A program made the position numbers and the translations under genes. From an uncultured Alcaligenaceae bacterium (lineage in GTDB: Bacteria > Pseudomonadota > Gammaproteobacteria > Burkholderiales > JACQAP01), in contig CAYNFN010000467.1 in the NCBI GenBank assembly GCA_964396485.1, forward strand, positions 1 to 38,789: DNA of 38,789 nt, written 5' to 3'. Below are positions 32,512 through 38,789 of this stretch, piece after piece (position 1 is the stretch's first letter; every line of letters begins with the position of its first letter). Below the pieces are notes generated by a model. It was not told the DNA's origin, searched no databases, and saw nothing but the letters and a program-made list of their open reading frames with translations.

Positions 32512-32969
32512 CATCCATAACCGGAAAACTGGCGAAGTTCCGCGCGCTTTCAAAGACGCACCGGCGGATCATATTGAACGCGGCGTTCTTGCTGCCGTTG
32601 TTCTGGATCGGTTTGCATTTCATTGGTCTGCGCCGTTTGCAGGCCTGGTTGCAACACACGCCCGCGCGTTCGGACATGCGGCTTTCTCTGGATGATGTCA
32701 TGGCGATAGGCAATCTCGTGAATATCGCCGGCCGCCACGCGCCGTGTCCGATGAACTGCCTCACGCGTTCCCTACTGCTCGACTGGACGCTGCGCCGCCG
32801 CGGTGTGGCGAGCCAGCTGCGCATCGGCGTGCGTCTGTCGCAGGGCGCGCTCGATGCTCATGCCTGGGTCGAAGTTGCCGGCGTTCCCGTTAATGATCGG
32901 TCGGACGTGAGCGAGCAGTTCGCAGCGTTTGCCGAAATTTTGCCTCCCGCGGCCTTCCAGTCGCCGTGA
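32508..32969 (+). CDS. lasso peptide biosynthesis B2 protein (transglutaminase-like leader peptidase)
   Basis: 153 aa. NCLTRSLLLDWTLRRRGVASQLRIGV...LDAHAWVEVAGVPVND is the C..RSL.l...L.r.G....l..GV......HAWVe..G pattern with the Cys/His/Asp triad of McjB-C-terminal/B2 proteins. Confidence 0.8.
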   Translation: MTSITGKLAKFRALSKTHRRIILNAAFLLPLFWIGLHFIGLRRLQAWLQHTPARSDMRLSLDDVMAIGNLVNIAGRHAPCPMNCLTRSLLLDWTLRRRGVASQLRIGVRLSQGALDAHAWVEVAGVPVNDRSDVSEQFAAFAEILPPAAFQSP

Positions 32970-33010
32970 GCGGAATCACCGGCATCAATCACTGGCCAAG
33001 GTCCACGTAG
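32966..33010 (+). other. 15-codon relic resembling the 5' end of the cyclase gene, overlapping the B2 stop (GTGA)
   Basis: gtgagcggaatcaccggcatcaatcactgg (VSGITGINHW...stop at 33008-33010) matches atgagcgggatcgccggcatcattcattgt (MSGIAGIIHC) at 33972 in 24 of 30 nt, by my own alignment. Confidence 0.5.
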
Positions 33011-33020
33011 CGCCGGGCTC

Positions 33021-33908
33021 GTGCATCGCATGTTGCAGAAGAAAGGGGATGAGTCGTTGAGTGATTCTTCTTTATATGGAATGGCGGGGCAGGCGCTTGG
33101 GCGACCGAACAGGAGCAGTGCCTATCCATGGTATGACTCTGTCTGGCTTGAAGAATATACGAAAGCCAAGGCTATTATTCGCAAAATAAAGCCTGGCGCC
33201 TTGACTACTTTCGAGTCTGCTTTTCAGATTTTTCAAACCCGCAATGATTTTCAGGAAAAAGTTCTTGAGCGCGTGTTTGACGATAACACGCTCGATGAAA
33301 TCAGGCGCGTTGTCAAATCGTTAAGGCCATCGGATGTCGAAATGCACGAGGCACAAAGTTTCAAACGTTTTGTCGTGCATGACAATCCATTTTTTAATGA
33401 GCTGCAAAAGCAAATAACTCCATTGGTAAGCGCAGCAGCGGGTGAGCCGGTGGAAACGTCCTACAACTTCCTCAGCCTCTACAGCGCCATGGGCGTTTGC
33501 CCGGTCCATATGGACTCGCCTACGGCGAAATGGACGCTTGACATTTGTCTCGATCAGAGTGTGGGGTGGCCCATCTATTTCAGCCGACCCCATACCTGGT
33601 CAGAAATAGAAGCGCAAAACTGGTCCGACGAAGACTGGGCGGAGGTTATCAAAAGCTCTCCAACAGCCGACTTCAAGTCGTATATTTTGGAGCCGGGGCA
33701 GGCAATCCTGTTTTCTGGCGCCAGTCAGTGGCATTACCGGGATCCGATGCCCAAATCAGATGGCCGTGCCAGCTGTGATTTACTTTTTTTCCATTTCATT
33801 CCGCAGGGCACTTCCGAGTTGGTGAACCCACGGAACTGGGCGGGTTTGTTCGGAATTCCAGAACTTGCACGAGCTGTGAAAGCGTCTCCGAAGATCCCAC
33901 ATGGATAG
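33021..33908 (+). CDS. hypothetical protein, possible Fe(II)/2-oxoglutarate-dependent oxygenase (cupin fold)
   Basis: 295 aa and visibly more AT-rich than its neighbours. A candidate facial triad comes from CPVHMDSP (H.D) and SQWHYRD (distal His) about 70 residues apart, with beta-strand-like segments between them. There is no stronger motif. The start is uncertain (GTG 33021, ATG 33030 or 33081). Confidence 0.35.
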   Translation: MHRMLQKKGDESLSDSSLYGMAGQALGRPNRSSAYPWYDSVWLEEYTKAKAIIRKIKPGALTTFESAFQIFQTRNDFQEKVLERVFDDNTLDEIRRVVKSLRPSDVEMHEAQSFKRFVVHDNPFFNELQKQITPLVSAAAGEPVETSYNFLSLYSAMGVCPVHMDSPTAKWTLDICLDQSVGWPIYFSRPHTWSEIEAQNWSDEDWAEVIKSSPTADFKSYILEPGQAILFSGASQWHYRDPMPKSDGRASCDLLFFHFIPQGTSELVNPRNWAGLFGIPELARAVKASPKIPHG

Positions 33909-33971
33909 CAGTCGTGTTCGCTTGGAAAGGTTTTTGGACGCTCCCGTTCTCGCCACGGCCTGTATCGCACC

Positions 33972-35852
33972 ATGAGCGGGATCGCCGGCATCATTCATTG
34001 TGACGGTGTGCCCGTCGAACCGGGGCTGGTCGAGAAAATGACCGCCGCCATGGCCTACCGCGGGCCGGACGGCATCAACCATTGGGTCAAGGGCTCGGTT
34101 GCATTGGGGCAGTGCATGCTGCGCACAACCCCGGAATCGCTCGAAGAAACCCAGCCGCTGACAAACGAAGACCAGAGCCGGGTGCTCGTCATGGATGGGC
34201 GCGTGGACAATTGGGAAGAACTCCGCACGGAGCTGCTCGCCTGCGGCGCGATGCTCAGAAACCGCGCCGATGCCGAACTGGTATTGCGAGCCTACGAGAC
34301 TTGGGGCCGGGACTGCCTCACGCACATCGACGGCGACTTCGCACTGGTGATCTGGGATGTGCGGCGGCAGGAAGCGTTTTGCGCGCGCGACCGCATGGGT
34401 AACAAGCCGTTCCATTATCATTGGAGCGGTAACACGCTGGTCTTTGCCTCAGAACTGCATCCGATTCTCGCGCTGCCGTGGGTGCCGCAAATGCCGAATG
34501 AGGGCATGCTGGCAGAGTTTCTCGCGGCGGAGTGGTATTCGCGCGATGAAACACTTTGGAATGGAATCCTGCGTCTCCTTGCCGCGCACCGCATGACGGT
34601 CGGCCGTCGCGGGCCGCAAACCGATCAATACTGGGGACCGAATCTGTGGGCGGCACCGGCATATACAAGGGACGAAGAATATTTCGAGCATTACCGGGAA
34701 TTGCTAACGGACAGCGTCCGGCGGTTGTCGCGTTCGCACCGCCCGGTCGCCGTCGAGGTCAGCGGCGGTCTCGATTCCTCCGCCGTGTTCTGCCTCGGGG
34801 AGCACCTGCGTCGTGCCGGTCGTTTGCCCGCGCCCGGTATCCGTGGGTACACCATGGCCTTCACGGACGACAGCGCCGCCAATGAAATCGCCTATGCCCG
34901 GGCCGTAGGCGAATATTTGGGTCTGCCGATTGAGGAGATCGCCCCTTCCATCCCACCGCTTTCCTGGTATGAAGAGCGCGCTCACATGTACCGGGAGTTC
35001 CCCGGTTATCCGAACGGGACGATGTATCTTGATGCGATGAGGCATGCTGCATCTCTGGGGTGCCGCACGGTGCTGACCGGCCAAGGGGGCGACGCCTGGG
35101 CGCAAGGTTCACGGGAGTACTATGCCGAGGAGATGGCGCAACGGCATTGGACCGCGCTTCGAGACAGCTTCAGAAATGATTCCGGCGTGTACGGTACCCA
35201 GCAGGCCATGGCATGGTTTGTCCGGTACGGCTTTTATCCCTTGCTTCCAATCGCACTTCAGCATGGATTGCGCCAACTGGTGCGCAGGCTGCGCGGCACG
35301 GCGATTCGCGACACCTATTGGCTTTCGCCGCGGATGCGGCAGGTTATTGCGGCGCGTCGTGAACACCCCCGTCCGTGGATTGGTCAGCGAGTGCGCAGTA
35401 TCAGTCAGCGGGAATTGCTTCAGAAACTGTATGACGCGTTTACCATCCAGGCAATGGAATTCCTGGATCGGGAGGGCGCCCGTGCCGGGTTCGAAATACG
35501 GCATCCGTTCCATGCCACGGCCTTTGTCCAATTCGCGTTCGCGACGCCGGCAAGGCTGCGATTGCGGGGCGATCGCACCAAATACATTCACGTCCAGGCC
35601 ATGCAAGGCCTGATGCCCCCGATCATCCTCGATCGGAAAACCAAGGCGGAATTCTCGGTTGTATTCCATATGCAGATGGTCCGGATGAAATCGCTGCTGA
35701 CCGAATCGATTCCCAGGGAGCGAACCGGCTGGGTAGACCCGGTGGGCACGTCCATGCTCTTCCAAGCGTATGTGAACACCCCGCAGGTGGGTTGGCCATT
35801 ATGGGTTTTGTGGAGTATCTTTGGGTCTGACGCGGTGGTGAAAGGGCTCTGA
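33972..35852 (+). CDS. asparagine-synthetase-like lasso peptide cyclase (C protein)
   Basis: 626 aa with AsnB architecture and the PP-loop VEVSGGLDSS. It begins MSGIAG, so Ser replaces the catalytic Cys2, unlike the two MCGI paralogs at 9465 and 13499. It lies next to B2 and the precursor gene. Confidence 0.8.
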   Translation: MSGIAGIIHCDGVPVEPGLVEKMTAAMAYRGPDGINHWVKGSVALGQCMLRTTPESLEETQPLTNEDQSRVLVMDGRVDNWEELRTELLACGAMLRNRADAELVLRAYETWGRDCLTHIDGDFALVIWDVRRQEAFCARDRMGNKPFHYHWSGNTLVFASELHPILALPWVPQMPNEGMLAEFLAAEWYSRDETLWNGILRLLAAHRMTVGRRGPQTDQYWGPNLWAAPAYTRDEEYFEHYRELLTDSVRRLSRSHRPVAVEVSGGLDSSAVFCLGEHLRRAGRLPAPGIRGYTMAFTDDSAANEIAYARAVGEYLGLPIEEIAPSIPPLSWYEERAHMYREFPGYPNGTMYLDAMRHAASLGCRTVLTGQGGDAWAQGSREYYAEEMAQRHWTALRDSFRNDSGVYGTQQAMAWFVRYGFYPLLPIALQHGLRQLVRRLRGTAIRDTYWLSPRMRQVIAARREHPRPWIGQRVRSISQRELLQKLYDAFTIQAMEFLDREGARAGFEIRHPFHATAFVQFAFATPARLRLRGDRTKYIHVQAMQGLMPPIILDRKTKAEFSVVFHMQMVRMKSLLTESIPRERTGWVDPVGTSMLFQAYVNTPQVGWPLWVLWSIFGSDAVVKGL

Positions 35853-35951
35853 AGCTACTTTAGGTGGCCGCTTATGGCATGCTTTCTGCTGGCTATTTGA
35901 GTTCGTTCAGACAATTGTTGCCAATTTCAAAATTCATATTTTTTTTGGGGA

Positions 35952-36365
35952 ATGACCATGAACGATAAGAAAAACCCTCTCACCGCAAGCAAGAACGCGA
36001 CGGTCAAGACCGCCAAGCCTGATAAAGCCTCCTATTCTGCGCCCCTGCTTCGGGTTTATGGTTCCGTGAGCAAGCTGACTTTGGGTGGTGGTGGTAGTTT
36101 GGGCGATGGCGCACTCATGGATATGTTGCCGAGCGATCGATTGATTAAAGAAAACATCGTCCGAATCGACACCCACCCGTTCGGCATAGGCCTTTACCTG
36201 TTCGACTACAAGCCGGAATACCGGGAACGTTGCGGCACTGGCCGGCAGCTTGGTATCATGGCCGATGAAGTTGAAACGGTTGTACCGGATGCAGTATTCG
36301 TTCACCCAGACGGCTACAAGATGGTCAACTACGCGAAGCTGGGGATCAGTCACGGTATCCAGTAA
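35952..36365 (+). CDS. lasso peptide precursor fused to a C-terminal Peptidase_S74-type intramolecular chaperone (self-cleaving) domain
   Basis: The leader is ...KASYSAPLLRVYGSVSKLTL with Y-17, P-14, L-12, G-8 and T-2. The core is GGGGSLGDGALMDMLP (36084-36131), with Gly1 and Asp8. From 36132 it reads SDRLIKENIVRIDTHPFGIGLYLFDYKPEY...GRQLGIMADEVETVVPDAVFVHPDGYKMVNYAKLG. That matches the S74 pattern SD.r.K.NI ... G.iAqEv..v.P..V ... dGy..vnY..L, including Ser and Lys five residues apart. The start is ATG 35952 or ATG 35958; the latter has better spacing from GGGGA. A 100-bp AT-rich spacer lies upstream. Confidence 0.75.
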   Translation: MTMNDKKNPLTASKNATVKTAKPDKASYSAPLLRVYGSVSKLTLGGGGSLGDGALMDMLPSDRLIKENIVRIDTHPFGIGLYLFDYKPEYRERCGTGRQLGIMADEVETVVPDAVFVHPDGYKMVNYAKLGISHGIQ

Positions 36366-36394
36366 GCCGGGCGGGGAGGCGTAGCGCAGGTTCT

Positions 36395-37516
36395 ATGCTG
36401 CAGGAGCACCTGGATTATGTCGCTGATCTTGTCAGACTGGAACGATACAGGGCCGCAATAACCAAGGTTGTTGCTCCCGGAAATACCGTAGCAGATTTGG
36501 GGTGCGGCTCGGGGGTGCTGGGGTTGTTGTGCCTGCAGGCCGGCACGGGCCATGTGTATGCTGTCGATGACAGCGCCATGATCGACATTGCCCGGGAGTC
36601 TCTGACGCGAGCCAGTCTGGTTGACCGCGCCACCTTCATCCGTGGCAAATCCAGCCAGATCGAATTGCCCGAGCGGGTAGACGTGGTGATCTGTGATCAT
36701 GTCGGCTACTTCGGTTTTGACTACGGTGTGGTTGAGTTTCTCGGAGACGCCAAACGGCGTTTTCTCAAGCCGGGCGGCACACTGATCCCTTCAAAAATCC
36801 GGCTCAATATTGCCGCTGCCGGTTCACAGAAATGCAGCGCGCTTGCCGATGGCTGGCAAGGCAACAACATCCCTCCCGAGTTTCACTGGCTGCGCAGTTA
36901 TTCGATCAATACCAAGCATGCGGTCGAGTTTGGGCGGGATGACGTTCTTGGTCCGCCTGCTGTACTGGGCGATATCGATCTCTATGCGGATAACCCGGAG
37001 TTTTTTTCCTGGAACGCAGAGTTGCGTATCGAACGCGACGGGGTGATGCACGGCGTGGCCGGTTGGTTCGACTGCGAGCTGGCCGAGAATGTCTGGATGA
37101 CGAATTCGCCGCTGGCGGCAAAACCAATCCGCCGTCCGCAGGCTTTTCTGCCCATCGGTGAGGCCGTGCCGGCAAAGTGCGGAGATGTTGTCACAGTCAC
37201 CATCATGGTGCGTCCGGCCGAGCAGTTAATTGCCTGGACCGTGGAATTCTCAACCACAGGACAGCGCTTCAGCCATTCAACTTGGCAGAGTATATTGTTG
37301 TCGCCGGAAAATCTGATCCGGGCCAACCCCCGCCATATTCCGCAGTTAAGCCGGGAAGGGCGGGCACGCATGACGGTGCTGGGATACTGTGATGGAAAAA
37401 GAACAACGCAGGAAGTCGAACAGGCAGTGCTGCGCGATCATCCGAACTTGTTCCCGACCAGCGGAGAAATTGCACGCTTCGTGGCACGGGTGCTGGGCAG
37501 GGATACCGGAGCGTGA
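36395..37516 (+). CDS. PRMT-fold SAM-dependent methyltransferase with C-terminal PqqD/RRE-like winged-helix extension
   Basis: The sequence reads RYRAAI...VADLGCGSGVLGLLCLQAG..HVYAVDDS...ATFIRGKSSQIELPERVDVVICDHVGYFGFDYGV...FLKPGGTLIP. It then has a beta-barrel-like half, VMHGVAGWFDCEL...GDVVTVTIMVRP. Both parallel PRMT1 block by block. The last 60 aa (ARMTVLGYCDGKRTTQEVEQAVLRDHPNLFPTSGEIARFVARVL) look PqqD-like. Confidence 0.6.
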   Translation: MLQEHLDYVADLVRLERYRAAITKVVAPGNTVADLGCGSGVLGLLCLQAGTGHVYAVDDSAMIDIARESLTRASLVDRATFIRGKSSQIELPERVDVVICDHVGYFGFDYGVVEFLGDAKRRFLKPGGTLIPSKIRLNIAAAGSQKCSALADGWQGNNIPPEFHWLRSYSINTKHAVEFGRDDVLGPPAVLGDIDLYADNPEFFSWNAELRIERDGVMHGVAGWFDCELAENVWMTNSPLAAKPIRRPQAFLPIGEAVPAKCGDVVTVTIMVRPAEQLIAWTVEFSTTGQRFSHSTWQSILLSPENLIRANPRHIPQLSREGRARMTVLGYCDGKRTTQEVEQAVLRDHPNLFPTSGEIARFVARVLGRDTGA

Positions 37517-38376
37517 CGGACTACAGTTTGGCAGAGGCGCGCCCGCAAATACCCCTCGGCAATGCGCTGTTCCACCAATGGATCTTCCCGGACGGTACGA
37601 CCTGGACGCAGTTCTATCGCGCTGAGAGCGGTTATCTGCTGCGTTTCCCCGATCTCGCGGATTTTTTGGTATCACGCGATGGCCGTGCGGTGAGCTGCTG
37701 GCCCGTGCCTGGCGTTTCGGATCAATCGGTGCAACACCTCTATCTGAATCAGGTGTTGCCGCTGGCGCTCAGCAGACAGGGGAAACTGGTTTTTCATGCC
37801 AGCGCCGTGGAGATAGGCGACGCGGCAGTTGCTTTTATGGGCGAGGCCGGCCGAGGCAAGTCCACCCTGGCGGCAAGTTTCGCCACCACCGGATCGCGCT
37901 TTCTCACCGATGACGGACTGGCGGTGGAGACAGTTGCGGGAGATTGGCGTGTTCTGCCAAGTCACCCCTCCATTCGTCTATGGGAAGACAGTCAGGATGC
38001 GCTGGTGCGCACGGGCGTGCGGAAGGCCCCACCGGTCTCGTATACCTCCAAGGCGCGATTCCTGGCGGGTGACGATATTGTTTTCTGCGAAGAACCACGG
38101 CGGCTTCAAGGTGTGTATTTTCTCGGCACGGGTGTGTCGCCGGAACCGATGTTCGAGCGCTTGCAGCCCAGCGACGCCTTGATCGAGCTGGTGAAGCATT
38201 CTTTCCTGCTCGATATAGAGGAGCACGAGCTACTCGCGGCACATTTCGATGAACTGTCCCGCCTGGCGAACCGGCCGATATACTATCGTCTGGATTATCC
38301 ACGGCGTTTCGAAGATCTGGCACAGGTCAGAAGGGCGATCGTGGATCACGTGCATGCAGAGGACACGACGGCATGA
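37513..38376 (+). CDS. HPr kinase/phosphorylase-related kinase (HprK-related kinase A-like; lasso precursor kinase candidate)
   Basis: FHASAVEIGDAAVAFMGEAGRGKSTLAASFATTGSRFLTDDGLAV parallels the HprK C-terminal domain HG..v...G.GvLi.G.SG.GKSe.a..l...Gh.LvaDD. The GTGA overlap with the methyltransferase gene and the ATGA overlap with the PqqD gene indicate one translationally coupled unit. Confidence 0.7.
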   Translation: MTDYSLAEARPQIPLGNALFHQWIFPDGTTWTQFYRAESGYLLRFPDLADFLVSRDGRAVSCWPVPGVSDQSVQHLYLNQVLPLALSRQGKLVFHASAVEIGDAAVAFMGEAGRGKSTLAASFATTGSRFLTDDGLAVETVAGDWRVLPSHPSIRLWEDSQDALVRTGVRKAPPVSYTSKARFLAGDDIVFCEEPRRLQGVYFLGTGVSPEPMFERLQPSDALIELVKHSFLLDIEEHELLAAHFDELSRLANRPIYYRLDYPRRFEDLAQVRRAIVDHVHAEDTTA

Positions 38377-38645
38377 ATCTTTCCGACAAAATAAAAATAC
38401 CGGCGCAGGTGATGGCGCGGCAGGTGGGCGCGGAGACGGTGATTCTGGACTTGGCCACCGGCACATACTTCGGTCTGGATCCGGTCGGCGCGCGCATCTG
38501 GCAACTGATGAGTGAAGGCAAAACGCTTGCGGAAGTCTGCGACGCGATGCAGACGGAATTTGAGGTGTCGCGCGAAGACATCGAGCGCGACGTCATCGAG
38601 TTGACGGAGAAACTGAAAGCGCAGCAGTTAATCAGCGCTGCGTAA
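38373..38645 (+). CDS. PqqD-family RiPP recognition element (lasso B1)
   Basis: 90 aa. VGAETVILDLATGTYFGLDPVGARIWQLMSEGKTLAEVCDAMQTEFEVSREDIERDVIELTEKLKAQQLI is the classic PqqD pattern (e.vll......y.Ln..g..iW.l.....t..ei...l...y.v....e.dv..fl..L...gli). Confidence 0.8.
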   Translation: MNLSDKIKIPAQVMARQVGAETVILDLATGTYFGLDPVGARIWQLMSEGKTLAEVCDAMQTEFEVSREDIERDVIELTEKLKAQQLISAA

Positions 38646-38789
38646 AAGGGAAAAAGGGGAAAGTTAAGGGCGAGGACTCAGGACTGAGGGCCGAGTAAAG
38701 GCGGGGACTGAGGACGGAGGGGCGGGGACTGAGTAAGGGCGAGGACTCAGGACTGAGGGCCGAGGACTGAGTAGAAGCAGTGACTCAGG
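38646..38789. repeat. heptanucleotide-register degenerate tandem repeat block R7 (runs to the window edge)
   Basis: aaagggaaaaaggggaaagttaagggcgaggactcaggactgagggccgagtaaaggcggggactgaggacggagg... uses the same words and the same polarity as R1-R6, and shares aagggcgaggactcaggactgagggccgag with R5. Confidence 0.8.

Overview
This 38.8-kb window is GC-rich DNA (roughly 60% by eye over most of its length) with proteobacterial-type gene organisation. It falls into three parts.

(1) Bases 1-22243. The left edge is the 3' end of an IS30-family transposase gene. A tightly packed, single-strand (+) polysaccharide (O-antigen/EPS-type) locus follows. It holds three CgeB-like glycosyltransferases, a GT11 fucosyltransferase plus a GT11 remnant, and a Wzy-like membrane protein. 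It also holds GT2 and GT4 transferases and several SAM methyltransferases, of which one is frameshifted and one is heavily decayed. The rest are two Cys2-bearing AsnB-type amidotransferases, wecB, a two-domain MDR/Gfo-Idh-MocA oxidoreductase, a heparinase II/III-like protein and a WbuB/WcaI-like GT4.

(2) Bases 22244-28982. This is a patchwork of small cassettes: ParD/ParE-like, Phd-VapC plus an HTH gene, an AAA+/DUF4143 ATPase, AbrB-VapC, and a WecA/WbpL-type initiating transferase. Each cassette is separated from the next by a 180-330 bp block of degenerate tandem repeats. These repeats keep a strict 7-nt register, and all have the purine-rich strand on +.

(3) Bases 29046-38645. This is a lasso-peptide-type RiPP cluster. 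It encodes a PF14907-like nucleotidyltransferase, an ABC exporter, a B2 protease, a low-GC cupin/2OG-oxygenase-like gene, a Cys-less AsnB-like cyclase and the precursor. It also encodes a PRMT-fold methyltransferase, an HprK-related kinase and a PqqD/B1 protein. It ends in a seventh heptamer block.

The most unusual object is the 137-aa precursor at 35952-36365. It has a textbook lasso leader (Y-17, P-14, L-12, G-8, T-2) and a 16-aa core (Gly1...Asp8). These are fused directly to a C-terminal Peptidase_S74-type self-cleaving intramolecular chaperone domain. No rRNA, tRNA or CRISPR array was seen. All family assignments come from motif recognition by eye. No database search was run.
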